Part shown: one piece after another, positions 54,248-63,879 of the stretch
Layout: each line of letters opens with the position of its first letter
How positions within the stretch are numbered: position 1 is the first letter of the stretch
Assembly: GCA_017883045.1 (NCBI GenBank)
Contig: JADGOJ010000003.1
Coordinates: forward strand, 98 to 64,097
Direction: 5' to 3'
Source: Acidimicrobiales bacterium
GTDB lineage: Bacteria; Actinomycetota; Acidimicrobiia; Acidimicrobiales; RAAP-2
DNA: 64,000 bases
The notes under the pieces: model-generated
The model's database searches: none
Seen by the model: the letters and a program-made list of their open reading frames with translations, nothing else
Told to the model about the DNA's origin: nothing
Translations under genes and position numbers: made by a program

Positions 54248-54807
54248 TTCGGCGTGCCCACCCTCACGGCCACGGGGACCTCGGGGGTCCAGATGTTCTG
54301 CGTCTCGTCGAGGTGCAGCGGGCGGTCCTCGACGCGGCGCTTCATGATCTCACCGGTGCGGATCTGCTCGTGCAGGGTGAGGATCGAGTGCATCAAGGTC
54401 TCGGGGCTCGGCGGGCAACCCGGCGCGTAGACGTCGACCGGCACGATCTGGTCGACTCCCTGGACGATCGCGTAGTTGTTGAACAGTCCCCCGGTCGAGG
54501 CGCAGACCCCCATCGAGATGACCCACTTGGGCTCCATCATCTGGTCGTAGACCTGTCGAAGGACCGGCGCCATCTTCTGCGAGACCCGTCCGGCGACGAT
54601 CATCAAGTCGGCCTGGCGAGGTGAGTTGCGAAAGACCTCCATGCCGAAGCGCGACAGGTCGAAGTCCGCACCCCCGGTCGCCATCATCTCGATCGCGCAA
54701 CAGGCCAGCCCGAACGACGCGGGCCACACCGACGCGCGCCTCGCCCAGCGCACGACGTCTTCGAGACGTCCGGTGAGGAAGTTGTGTTGAAGGTCCTCGA
54801 GTGCCAC
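54244..54807 (-). CDS. nuoB: NADH-quinone oxidoreductase subunit B
   Basis: 187 aa with GLACCAIEM and GxCxxxGG (MGVCASTGG) cluster-N2 motifs. Confidence 0.95.
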   Translation of the reverse strand: MALEDLQHNFLTGRLEDVVRWARRASVWPASFGLACCAIEMMATGGADFDLSRFGMEVFRNSPRQADLMIVAGRVSQKMAPVLRQVYDQMMEPKWVISMGVCASTGGLFNNYAIVQGVDQIVPVDVYAPGCPPSPETLMHSILTLHEQIRTGEIMKRRVEDRPLHLDETQNIWTPEVPVAVRVGTPK

Positions 54808-54809
54808 TA

Positions 54810-55262
54810 CTAGGCCGCCCTATCCGAGTCGTGTCCGATGCGCAGGATCGTCGACGAGCTGGTCCGGGCCGGCAGGCCCGCGACGAGGTGCTTCACGGGA
54901 CCCCACGAGAGGGCGCCTTCGCTGACCAAGAAGAGCAGCGCGCCAAAGACGGTCACCGAGAACACGAGTACTTCGACGAGCCCGAACGCCCCGAGCTGGT
55001 TGAACACGACGGCGAACGGGTACATGAAGACGACCTCGATGTCGAAGATCACGAAGATCATGGCCACCAGGTAGAAGCGGACCGGGAACCTCGCCGGCGG
55101 TTCGATCTCGGGTACGATCCCGCACTCGTACGGCGCCAGTTTGGCGTCGGTCGGCCGCTTGCGCGGGGCCGCCAACGCTGACATAACGAGCGATCCTCCA
55201 CCGAAGAGCACCCCGAGTATCAGGAGCAGCAGTATTGGTAGGTACTGGTCCACGGACATCAT
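54810..55262 (-). CDS. nuoA: NADH-quinone oxidoreductase subunit A
   Basis: The ATG pair at 55262/55259 ([14 protein letters not shown]...) gives ~150 aa. KLAPYECG motif is present. The upstream part of the track ORF has no support. Confidence 0.9.
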   Translation of the reverse strand: MMSVDQYLPILLLLILGVLFGGGSLVMSALAAPRKRPTDAKLAPYECGIVPEIEPPARFPVRFYLVAMIFVIFDIEVVFMYPFAVVFNQLGAFGLVEVLVFSVTVFGALLFLVSEGALSWGPVKHLVAGLPARTSSSTILRIGHDSDRAA

Positions 55263-55327
55263 TTCTACCAGACTGCACGAGCCCTCTCGTAAGACGAGTT
55301 CAGAGTCGTACGACCTAGGCTGATGGA

Positions 55328-56665
55328 GTGACAAGCCTGAGTGAAATCGTTTCAAAGCCGACCGTCTTCGATTGCGTGATCGTCGGCGCCGGACCCAGTG
55401 GATCGGCGTGCGCGTACTGGCTCGCCGAAGCGGGCTGGTCGGTCTGCCTGATCGAGAAGAAGAAGTTCCCCCGCGAGAAGACCTGCGGCGACGGCCTGAC
55501 GCCGCGCTCGGTGCACCAGCTGGCCCAGATGGGCCTCGAGCCCGCGGTCGCGGCCAACGGGCATCGCTACAACGGGCTGCGGGCCTTCGGCTTCGGCGCG
55601 ACCCTCGAGATGAACTGGCCCGACCACCCGGTCTTCCCCAACTACGGCTACACCATCACCCGCTTCAACCTCGACGGGCTCGTCGCCCAGCGCGCCGAGG
55701 AACTCGGCGCGGTCCTGGTCAACGGGGTCGAGGCGCTCGGGCTCGTCGAGCCGACCCAGTCGCCCAACGGAGGGCTGCTCGGCGCGAGCGGCGTGCTCGC
55801 CGCCGAGAAGTCGACCGGCGCGACCGGGGAGATCCGCGGGCGCTACGTCATCGTCGCGGACGGTCAGAACTCGAGGCTGGGCCGCGAGCTCGGCACTTCG
55901 CGCAACCGCTCGTGGCCGATGGGCATGGCGCTTCGCGGCTACTACACGAGCGAGCGACACGACGAGCCGTGGATCGACTCGCACCTGGACATCCGCGACC
56001 CCAAGGGCGACGTCGTGCCGGGCTACGGGTGGATCTTCCCGCTCGGTGACGGAAGGGTCAACGTCGGCGTCGGGCTGCTGTCGACCGGCGGCGCGTGGAA
56101 GGGCGTGAACACCACGAAGCTCCAGGAGTACTTCGTCGCCCAGACCGCCGACGCGTGGGGCCTCAACGACGAGAGCTGCTGCGGACCGGCGACCGGAGGA
56201 CGACTGCCGATGGGGCTCTCGCTCGGTCCGCGCACCGGCGCCAACACGCTCACGATCGGCGACGCCGCGGGCACCGTGAACCCCTTCAACGGCGAGGGCA
56301 TCGCCTACGGCTACGAGACCGGACGGCTCGCCGCCGGCGTCGTGGGCGAGGCGTTGCTCGCCAACGACGCCTCGGCACTGGCGCTCTATGACGAGCGGCT
56401 CGACCAGGCCTACGGCGACTACTACAAGGTGGCGCGCGCCTTCGTGCGGATCATCTCCGAACCCCGGATCCTCACCGCGTGCGTCGGGGTCGGGATGCGC
56501 GTCGAGCCCCTGATGACCGAGCTTCTCACCATCATGGCCAACCTGATGCGCAACGACAAGCTGGGTCCCGCCGAGGTGGGCTACCGCGCCCTCGTCCGTC
56601 TCGCCGACGTGATCCCCGAGCGGGCCTACCACCTCCTGCTCGGCGACGCCACGTCAGCCGACTGA
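55328..56665 (+). CDS. Geranylgeranyl reductase-family flavoprotein (menaquinone/polyprenyl reductase-like)
   Basis: FDCVIVGAGPSGSACAYWLAEAG...KTCGDGLTPRSV is typical of this family. Divergent from nuoA. Confidence 0.85.
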   Translation: MTSLSEIVSKPTVFDCVIVGAGPSGSACAYWLAEAGWSVCLIEKKKFPREKTCGDGLTPRSVHQLAQMGLEPAVAANGHRYNGLRAFGFGATLEMNWPDHPVFPNYGYTITRFNLDGLVAQRAEELGAVLVNGVEALGLVEPTQSPNGGLLGASGVLAAEKSTGATGEIRGRYVIVADGQNSRLGRELGTSRNRSWPMGMALRGYYTSERHDEPWIDSHLDIRDPKGDVVPGYGWIFPLGDGRVNVGVGLLSTGGAWKGVNTTKLQEYFVAQTADAWGLNDESCCGPATGGRLPMGLSLGPRTGANTLTIGDAAGTVNPFNGEGIAYGYETGRLAAGVVGEALLANDASALALYDERLDQAYGDYYKVARAFVRIISEPRILTACVGVGMRVEPLMTELLTIMANLMRNDKLGPAEVGYRALVRLADVIPERAYHLLLGDATSAD

Positions 56666-56753
56666 CGGCGCCGAGCCCGCGCTTGGCCATCACCTCGGTC
56701 CGCCCGTTAGCCTGACTCAATGAATTTGTGCCCTTCGACGGCCCGGTGACGCG

Positions 56754-57620
56754 TTGATCCCCACGTTCGTCATCTTCCTGCGCGAGGGCATCGAGGCCTC
56801 GATCATCGTCGCGATCCTGTTGTCGTACCTCAGTCAGATCAACAAGCGCGAGCACTTTCGCGACGTGTACCTCGGTGTGGCGGCGGCCTTCGTGCTGATC
56901 CTGGTCGGGGGGATCGCCGCGTACCTGCTCATCAAGCAGTACAGCGGATCGAACGTCCAGGCCTACTTCGAGACCGTCACCTACGTGATCGCCGCGTCGT
57001 TCCTGACCGCCATGACGTTCTGGATGCACAAGCACGCGCGCACGATGTCCAAGGAGCTCCAGGAGCGCAGCGACGTCGCGCTCTCCAAGGGCACGCGCAT
57101 GGGACTGGGCGTGCTCGCGTTCCAGGCGGTGGGCCGGGAAGGTCTCGAGACCATGGTCTTCACGCTCGCCATCATCTTCGCGAGCTCGCGTCAGGCGGGC
57201 ACCCCGGTCCACGGCAAGCTCTTGCTCATCGGCGCCGCGCTCGGGCTACTCGTCGCGCTCGCCATCGCCTTCGCCATGTACCGCCTCGGCGCGAAGCTGA
57301 ACCTGCGCCGGTTCTTCCGAGTGCTCGGCATCCTCTTGATGTTCTTCGCCGCGGGCTTGTTGGCCGACGCCGTCCAGAACCTCCAGGGGCTCGGCTGGCT
57401 GCCGTTTGGCACGCACGTCTTGTGGAACTCGAGCTCGGCGCTGACCGAGGGGTCGAACTTCGGCGACGTCCTGCACTCGCTCGTCGGCTACGCCGACCAC
57501 CCGACCGTGCTGCAGGGCGCGGTGTGGCTGCTCTACGTGGCGACGAGCGTCGCGGTCTTCTTCGTGCTCAGCCGTCCGCCGAAGCACGCGCCGACCAAGC
57601 GGGCCGAACCGGTCTCCTAG
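56754..57620 (+). CDS. efeU: FTR1/EfeU-family iron permease
   Basis: Two REGxE motifs in TM helices (FLREGIEASI and VGREGLETMVF). 288 aa, polytopic. TTG start. Confidence 0.8.
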   Translation: MIPTFVIFLREGIEASIIVAILLSYLSQINKREHFRDVYLGVAAAFVLILVGGIAAYLLIKQYSGSNVQAYFETVTYVIAASFLTAMTFWMHKHARTMSKELQERSDVALSKGTRMGLGVLAFQAVGREGLETMVFTLAIIFASSRQAGTPVHGKLLLIGAALGLLVALAIAFAMYRLGAKLNLRRFFRVLGILLMFFAAGLLADAVQNLQGLGWLPFGTHVLWNSSSALTEGSNFGDVLHSLVGYADHPTVLQGAVWLLYVATSVAVFFVLSRPPKHAPTKRAEPVS

Positions 57621-58723
57621 ACCGCCGTCGAGGACGAGGACGTCATGCGCGCCAGCAGCGTGTTGACGAGGTTCGCGAGGAACGACTTGGACTCGGGCCA
57701 CTTGGCCACCAACGCGCCGAGGGTCACCTCGTAGTGCCCGCTCGAGATCACGGCCATCACCAGGTGCAGCGGCCTCGTGGCCCCGGGCTGGGTGATCTCG
57801 GCGACGCCGCCGCGCGACCAGCCGCGCACGAAGGTGAGCGGACGCCACTCGACGCCGATGTTGGACGTCGGGATGGCCGAGCCGAACACCGCGAGGACCA
57901 GCGCCACGTTCGACGTGGCGAAGCACGAGCCGAAGTTCGCCCGGGACATCTCGGCGGTGTCGCGCTTCACCATGGTCGTGGTGTTGTAGTACTGCGTCGT
58001 GGACGCCAACGTCACGTCGCCCAGCGGCGAGGTGAATATCTTCGAGGACACCTGGTAGTCGGGCATCTGCCCGGCGGCCCCGTAGACCCGGTCGCGCGCG
58101 GCCGAGACTCCGATGCAGCGCTGGAACAGCGACGACACCCGGCCCCACACCGAGTTGGTCGGCGGGGCCGTCGTCGGCGTGGTCGACGAGGTCACCACCT
58201 GGTCGGCCGGCGGGAAGATGGCCGACAGCGGCGACACCACGCCGGTGGGGAACGCCGCCCAGCTGCTCGGCAGGTCCTTCAGCGACAGGTTGACGGCGCG
58301 CGCATCGGCGAGCTCGCGGGCCCCAGACGATCCGTGGTTGAGCAGCGCCCCGATCCCGCCCGCCAGCGAGGCGGCGAGCACCACGATGGCCACCACGAGC
58401 ATGCCGGCGCGGCGCCGGCGCCGTTCGACGGTCCCGCCGTGGGCGAGGACCACCTCGCGCACCGCTTCGTAGTCGGTGAGCTTGCGATGACGCCAGCAGT
58501 AGCGCACGCCGTCGGCGGTGGCGAACAGCGCCATGCCCTTGGAGAACCGCACCAGTTGCAGGTTGGCGAGCTCGCTCCACGGCGTCTGCCAGGCCACGGC
58601 CGGCTCGCCCGCGAGTTGCGTGAGGCCGGACTCGTCGCTCAACAGGGTCACTGGCGACGTGGGGCCGTGGGGCACGAAGCTCGGCCGTACCGACCAACCC
58701 TCGCTGCGAAGCGGCGCACTCAT
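57617..58723 (-). CDS. Hypothetical single-pass membrane protein (cytoplasmic N-domain, TM, Thr/Pro linker, extracytoplasmic two-Cys domain)
   Basis: The ATG at 58723 forms an ATGA overlap with the hemL stop, giving 368 aa. TM helix MLVVAIVVLAASLAGGIGALL. The upstream part of the 573-aa track ORF overlaps hemL. Confidence 0.6.
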   Translation of the reverse strand: MSAPLRSEGWSVRPSFVPHGPTSPVTLLSDESGLTQLAGEPAVAWQTPWSELANLQLVRFSKGMALFATADGVRYCWRHRKLTDYEAVREVVLAHGGTVERRRRRAGMLVVAIVVLAASLAGGIGALLNHGSSGARELADARAVNLSLKDLPSSWAAFPTGVVSPLSAIFPPADQVVTSSTTPTTAPPTNSVWGRVSSLFQRCIGVSAARDRVYGAAGQMPDYQVSSKIFTSPLGDVTLASTTQYYNTTTMVKRDTAEMSRANFGSCFATSNVALVLAVFGSAIPTSNIGVEWRPLTFVRGWSRGGVAEITQPGATRPLHLVMAVISSGHYEVTLGALVAKWPESKSFLANLVNTLLARMTSSSSTAV

Positions 58724-59997
58724 GATCGAGCCGCGACCTTGGCGGCCTGGGCCACCATCTCCACCGCGTAGTCGAGGTCCGAGTCGCTGTGCGCCATCGA
58801 GACGAAGAGGATCTCGTAGGCGCCCGGCGCCAGCGCCACCTTGCGCTCGAGCATCGCGTGGAAGAACGGCCGGTACAGCCCGTTCTCGCACAGCACCTTG
58901 ACCTCGTCGAAGTTGGCCGGCGCGGCGAAGGGCTCGCGCGCGAGGAAGAGGCCGAGCAGCGGACCCTCGGCCGGGGCGGCGGCGTAGAGGCCGGCCGACT
59001 CGACGGCCTCGGTCAGGCGCGCGGCGAAGGACGCGACGCGCGCGGCCAGCGCGTCGTAGTCGGCGGGCGCGACGAGGCTCAGCACCTTCGCGCCGGCCGC
59101 GGTCGCGAGCGGGTTGCCCGACAGCGTGCCGGCCTGGTACACCGGCCCGAGCGGCGCGAGCGACGAGAGCACCCGGCGCGAACCGCCGAAGGCCCCCACC
59201 GGCAGGCCGCCGCCGATCACCTTGCCGAAGCACCACAGGTCGGGGGTGACCCCGAAGTACTGCTCGGCGCCGGCGAGGTCGAGACGGAATCCCGTGATCA
59301 CCTCGTCGAAGATCAAGAGGGCGCCGACGCGGTCGCACTCGGCGCGAAGGCCGGCCAGGAACCCTTCGGTCGGAGCGACCAGGTTCATGTTCGCCGCCAC
59401 CGGCTCCACGAGCACCGCGGCGACCGTCTCGTCGAGTCGGGGCACGACGTTGTAGGGCGCGACGATGGTGTCGCCCACGGCCCCGGCGGTCACCCCCGCC
59501 GAGCCGGGCAGTCCCATCTGGGCCACGCCGCTGCCCCCCGCGACGAGCAGCGCGTCGGAGTGGCCGTGGTAGCAGCCGTCGAACTTCACGATCTTGTCGC
59601 GTCGCGTGGCCCCGCGCGCCAGGCGAACGGCGCTCATGACCGCTTCGGTGCCCGACGAGACGAGTCGGACCTGTTCGAGTCCGGTCACTCGTTGGGTCAT
59701 CGCCTCGGCGAGCAGCACCTCACCGGGCGTCGGAGCGCCGAACGTCGTGCCCTGGGTCACGGCCTCGCGCAGCACCTCGACGACCTCGGGGTGCGCGTGG
59801 CCGAGTAGCGACGCGCCGTAGGACTGGACGAAGTCGAGGTACCGCGTGCCCTCGACGTCCTCGACGTAGGCGCCGAGCCCGCGCACGACCGTGTACGGTG
59901 TGCCGCCCACCGAGCGGAACGAACGCACCGGCGAGTCGACGCCGCCGGGAATGACCGCTTGGGCGCGGTCGAACCACGCCTGGTTCAGATTCGTCAA
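58720..59997 (-). CDS. hemL: Glutamate-1-semialdehyde 2,1-aminomutase
   Basis: 425 aa with the typical N-terminus (AQAVIPGGVDSPVRSFRSVGGTP) and PLP Lys region (FGKVIGGGLPVGAFGG). TTG start overlapping the hemB stop. Confidence 0.95.
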   Translation of the reverse strand: MTNLNQAWFDRAQAVIPGGVDSPVRSFRSVGGTPYTVVRGLGAYVEDVEGTRYLDFVQSYGASLLGHAHPEVVEVLREAVTQGTTFGAPTPGEVLLAEAMTQRVTGLEQVRLVSSGTEAVMSAVRLARGATRRDKIVKFDGCYHGHSDALLVAGGSGVAQMGLPGSAGVTAGAVGDTIVAPYNVVPRLDETVAAVLVEPVAANMNLVAPTEGFLAGLRAECDRVGALLIFDEVITGFRLDLAGAEQYFGVTPDLWCFGKVIGGGLPVGAFGGSRRVLSSLAPLGPVYQAGTLSGNPLATAAGAKVLSLVAPADYDALAARVASFAARLTEAVESAGLYAAAPAEGPLLGLFLAREPFAAPANFDEVKVLCENGLYRPFFHAMLERKVALAPGAYEILFVSMAHSDSDLDYAVEMVAQAAKVAARS

Positions 59998-60974
59998 CGA
60001 CCGAGCTCCTCAGCGATTTCGCGCGCGAAGTAGGTGAGCACGAAGTCGGCACCGGCCCGGCGCACGGCCGTCAACTGCTCGATCGCCACGGCGGTGCCGT
60101 CGATCCAGCCGTTCTGGGCGGCGGCCTTCACCATGGCGTACTCGCCGCTCACGTGATACGCGCACAAGGGCACGTCGAGCTCGCGTCGCAGGTCGCTCAC
60201 CACGTCGAGGTACGACATCGCGGGCTTGACCATGACGATGTCGGCGCCCTGGGCGACGTCGGCGCGCGCCTCGCGCAGCGCCTCGCGACGGTTGCGCGAG
60301 TCCTGCTGGTAGCCCCGGCGGTTCCCGCCGTCGGCGATCTCGACGCCCACCGCGTCGCGAAAGGGTCCGTAGAGACCACTGGCGTACTTGGCGGCGTAGG
60401 CGAGGATGATCGTCTCATCGAATCCGGCGCCGTCGAGAGCGGCGCGGATGGCGCCGACCTGGCCGTCCATCATCCCGCTCGGCGCGACGACCGACGCCCC
60501 GGCCCCGGCCTGGGCGACCGCGACCCTCCCGTAGAGTTCGATGGTCGCGTCGTTGTCGACGGTGCCGTCGGGGCGCACGACGCCGCAGTGACCGTGACTG
60601 GTGTACTCGTCGAGGCAGAGGTCGGCCATCAGCACGAGGTCGTCGTCGAACTCGTCGCGCAGTGCTCGCAGGGCCACCTGGGCGACGCCGTCGCGGCTCC
60701 AGGCGCCGCTGCCGACCTCGTCCTTGGTCGTGGGGACCCCGAACAGGATGACGCCCCCGACGCCGGCGCGCTGGAGCGCGCGGACCTCGTCGCACAGCGA
60801 CGAGACGGTGTGCAGGAAGTGGCCGGGCAGCGAGAGAATCGGACTCGGCTCACTCAGACCCTCGGCGACGAAGAGCGGCGCCACGAAGTCGTGGGGCGCC
60901 AGGTTCGTCTCGGCGACCAATCGACGCAGCGCGGGCGTGCGGCGCAGGCGTCGGGGTCGTTCGGCGGGAAACAC
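59994..60974 (-). CDS. hemB: Porphobilinogen synthase
   Basis: 326 aa beginning RPRRLRRTPALRRLVAET, with active-site region MVKPAMSYLDV. Confidence 0.95.
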   Translation of the reverse strand: MFPAERPRRLRRTPALRRLVAETNLAPHDFVAPLFVAEGLSEPSPILSLPGHFLHTVSSLCDEVRALQRAGVGGVILFGVPTTKDEVGSGAWSRDGVAQVALRALRDEFDDDLVLMADLCLDEYTSHGHCGVVRPDGTVDNDATIELYGRVAVAQAGAGASVVAPSGMMDGQVGAIRAALDGAGFDETIILAYAAKYASGLYGPFRDAVGVEIADGGNRRGYQQDSRNRREALREARADVAQGADIVMVKPAMSYLDVVSDLRRELDVPLCAYHVSGEYAMVKAAAQNGWIDGTAVAIEQLTAVRRAGADFVLTYFAREIAEELGR

Positions 60975-61020
60975 GTCACCAGCCTATTGCCACGCACCCG
61001 CCGCTCCCGGGTCGAGGCCC

Positions 61021-61692
61021 CTAGAGCGCCGCCAGCCGTTCGCGCAGCGAGGGACCCCAGCCCTCGATGACGCGCTGGTGCTGGACTCGAACGGCGGCGC
61101 CCGTCGTCGGGCCGGGCACGACGACCCACGTGTCGGGGCCAATGAAGGCGCGCGCCACCGACCAGGCCGACGGCGCGCCGATCAGCACGACCTGCGCGTC
61201 GCGCAGCAACTGCGCCCCGTCCTCGTCGGGGGGCGACGGGACGGTCTCGTAGCACGCGATCACCGTGACGTCGATCCCGCGCTCGCCCAGCACGACCACC
61301 AGCTCGTCGCGCATCGCGGCGGCGCCGAGCACCAGCACCGGGCCGCGCGACACCTGCAGCGCGAGGTCGCGGGCGGCGCCCGTCGCCTGGGCGTGCACCT
61401 TCATCCCGCGTTCGTGCAGCACCCTCGTCGTCGCCGGACCCACGCTGAAGACCCCCGCGTCGGGCGCCAGCGCCCCTCGGGCGAGCGCCAGGTACCGGCC
61501 AACGCGCGCGCTGGTCACCACCAGCGCGCGGAACGCGCCGTAGGACCCCGAGGACCTCAGCTCGTCGCCGACCGTTCCCTCGTCGACGTAGCGCGTGGTG
61601 GTGAGCGGCACCTCGCTCGCCTTCGCGTCCGAGGGCAGCCACGCGGCGAGCGCCTCGTTGCGCCCGACCTCGCGAGTGAGAACGACGTGCAC
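61021..61692 (-). CDS. hemD: Uroporphyrinogen-III synthase
   Basis: The GTG at 61692 is 4 nt after the hemC stop, giving 223 aa. It sits between hemC and hemB. The sequence is weakly conserved, as usual for HemD. Confidence 0.75.
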   Translation of the reverse strand: MHVVLTREVGRNEALAAWLPSDAKASEVPLTTTRYVDEGTVGDELRSSGSYGAFRALVVTSARVGRYLALARGALAPDAGVFSVGPATTRVLHERGMKVHAQATGAARDLALQVSRGPVLVLGAAAMRDELVVVLGERGIDVTVIACYETVPSPPDEDGAQLLRDAQVVLIGAPSAWSVARAFIGPDTWVVVPGPTTGAAVRVQHQRVIEGWGPSLRERLAAL

Positions 61693-61696
61693 CGCC

Positions 61697-62596
61697 CTAG
61701 CGCTCCCATCCCGGCAGCGAGGCGCCGTCCATCTCGTCGCGCAGCAGTCGCGCGAGGTCGCGCCCGAGCGCCAAGGGGTTCTCGCCCACGAGCGACGCGC
61801 GGACGCTTCGCGACCCGTCGTGCGCGAGCATGACGCCGATGAGCGACAACGTGGCGCCCCGGCACGTCGCGTAGGCCCCGGCGGGAATCGAACAGCCCGC
61901 GCCGAGCTCGCGCAGGAACGCCCGTTCCGCACTCAGCGCCAGCAGGACGTCGGGTTCGTTGATCGCGGCCAGCACCCGGTGGACCTCAAGGTCGTCGCGT
62001 CGCGCCTCGAGCGCCAGCGCGCCCTGGCCGACCTGGGGCACGAACCAGTCGGGGTCGAGGCGCTCGGCCGCGAGCCCCTCCTGGTCCAGACGCTCGAGCG
62101 CGGCGGCCGCGACGACCACTGCGTCGATCCCGTCGTGGCCCGCCCGGGCCAGTCGCGTCGCCATGTTGCCGCGCAGCCCGACGATGCGCAGGTCCGGCCG
62201 GCGCTCGAGCAGGAGCGCGCGACGACGAGGCGAGCCGGTGGCGACGGTGGCCCCGGGACCGAGGCCCGCGAGCGAGCGGCCCACGAGCACGTCGGCCGCG
62301 TCGCGTCGCTCGGGCGCGCAGACGAGCTCCAGGCCCTCGGGCGTCGTGCTCGGCAGGTCCTTGGCGCTGTGCACCGCCGCGTCGGCCGTTCCGTCCAACA
62401 GCGCCCGTTGCACCTCGACCGCGAAGACGCCCTGTCCCCCCATCGATTCCAGCGGCGCGTCGGCGAGCCGGTCGCCGCCGGTCTCGATGTGCACCAGTTC
62501 GCTCGCCACCCCTGACGCGGCGAGTCGGTCACGCACGAAGTGCGCCTGGCGCAGGGCGAGGGGCGAGCGCCGCGTCGCGAGGCGAAGCACGCTCAT
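61697..62596 (-). CDS. hemC: Hydroxymethylbilane synthase
   Basis: 299 aa beginning LRLATRRSPLALRQA, with TGGD...GGQGVFAVEVQRALLDG. Confidence 0.95.
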   Translation of the reverse strand: MSVLRLATRRSPLALRQAHFVRDRLAASGVASELVHIETGGDRLADAPLESMGGQGVFAVEVQRALLDGTADAAVHSAKDLPSTTPEGLELVCAPERRDAADVLVGRSLAGLGPGATVATGSPRRRALLLERRPDLRIVGLRGNMATRLARAGHDGIDAVVVAAAALERLDQEGLAAERLDPDWFVPQVGQGALALEARRDDLEVHRVLAAINEPDVLLALSAERAFLRELGAGCSIPAGAYATCRGATLSLIGVMLAHDGSRSVRASLVGENPLALGRDLARLLRDEMDGASLPGWER

Positions 62597-63855
62597 AGAT
62601 CGAAGAGATTGCGCGTGGCCTCGCTCAGTCGAGGGCCCTGATCGGTGCCGGCGGCCTCCTTCAACGCGACCGTCGGGCGATGGGCGATCTTCGCGACCAC
62701 CGAACGCAGGAGCGACGCGACCCTCTCGCGTTGCGCCGGCGTCAAGTCGTCCAGGTCGTGCTCGCGTCGGGCCATCTCACCGGCGACCACCTCGTCGAAG
62801 TGCTCGCGCAGTTCGCTGACGATCGCCGAGGCCCCGCGGGCGCGTTGGTCGTTCAGGTACTTCTCGACGTCGTCGTTCACGATGACGCGCGCGGCGTCGA
62901 CCGCCTCGTGACGCTCCCCGAGGGCCTGCTCGACGCGCTCGCGCAGGTCGCCGATGTCGACGCGATGGACGTTGCCCAGATCGCAGAGGTCGCTCGCGAC
63001 GGACCTCGGCAGCCCCAGATCGACGAAGAGCACCTCTTGGTGGCAGCGCTCGAGGTCCTGGCGCGTCACGACCGGCGAGGCGACCTCGATCGCCGCCACG
63101 ACGAGCCGCGCGGCGGTGATCCGCTCGGGCACGTCATCGAGGGTGGCGACCGTCACGCGCTCGTCGCCGATGTCGTCACGAAGCCGTTCGGCCCGCTCGC
63201 GCGTCCGGTTGCAGATGGTCAGGCGCCGCAGTCTCGACGAGGAGCCAAGCAGGCTCCTCGCGATGCCCCCCGCCAACTGGCCGGCCCCGATGACCACGAC
63301 GTCCGCCCCACTGAGGTCGACGCCGAACTCCTCGGTCGCCATCGCCACCGCCGCCTGGGCGAAGCTCGTCGTCCCCCGGGCGATCTGGGTCTCGCTGCGC
63401 ACGCGACGACCCGAGCCGATGGCCCGTTGGAACAACTCGGTGAGCTCTGGTCCCGCGGTCTGCTCTTCGGTCGCGAGTTCGAGGGCCCGGCGCAGTTGGC
63501 CCAGGACCTCGAACTCACCGGGCACGACCGACTTCAGACCGGCGGCGACGCTGAAGAGGTGATTGGCCACGCCACGGTCGAAGTGCACGGTCAGGTGGTC
63601 GGCGAACTCGTCGATCTCGAGACCCGTGACCTCGGACCACGTCTGGGTGATCTCGTCGATCGCGCCGTGGAACCGGTCGATCACCGCGACCACCTCGGTG
63701 CGCAGGCACGTCGAGACGAAGACGACCTCGTGGATGTTGCGCTGGCTGATCAGCGTGCGCAGCACCTTGCTCCACTCGTGCTCGACGACGGTCGCGCGTT
63801 CGAGCAGGTCGAGCGACGCGTGCTCGTGATCGATGCCCACGGAAATCAGTGCCAC
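62593..63855 (-). CDS. hemA: Glutamyl-tRNA reductase
   Basis: 420 aa with VVFVSTCLRTEV (active-site Cys) and the NADPH fold VVVIGAGQLAG. GAGGAG RBS before the GTG at 63855. Confidence 0.95.
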   Translation of the reverse strand: MALISVGIDHEHASLDLLERATVVEHEWSKVLRTLISQRNIHEVVFVSTCLRTEVVAVIDRFHGAIDEITQTWSEVTGLEIDEFADHLTVHFDRGVANHLFSVAAGLKSVVPGEFEVLGQLRRALELATEEQTAGPELTELFQRAIGSGRRVRSETQIARGTTSFAQAAVAMATEEFGVDLSGADVVVIGAGQLAGGIARSLLGSSSRLRRLTICNRTRERAERLRDDIGDERVTVATLDDVPERITAARLVVAAIEVASPVVTRQDLERCHQEVLFVDLGLPRSVASDLCDLGNVHRVDIGDLRERVEQALGERHEAVDAARVIVNDDVEKYLNDQRARGASAIVSELREHFDEVVAGEMARREHDLDDLTPAQRERVASLLRSVVAKIAHRPTVALKEAAGTDQGPRLSEATRNLFDL

Positions 63856-63879
63856 GTCGGCTCCTCGTCGCTCGCCATG

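Noticed and set aside
55263-55327. Rex operator (TTGTGAA-N4-TTCACAA-like) in the nuoA / geranylgeranyl-reductase divergent promoter region
   Set aside because: It was expected because rex is encoded in the window and nuo is a classic Rex target. I find no TGTGA/TCACA half-site pair in these 65 nt.
56702-56720. IdeR/DtxR-type iron box upstream of efeU (GCCCGTTAGCCTGACTCAA)
   Set aside because: It matches only 12 of 19 positions of the remembered consensus TTAGGTTAGGCTAACCTAA, by my manual count, and the left arm is essentially absent. That is too weak to call without a matrix score.
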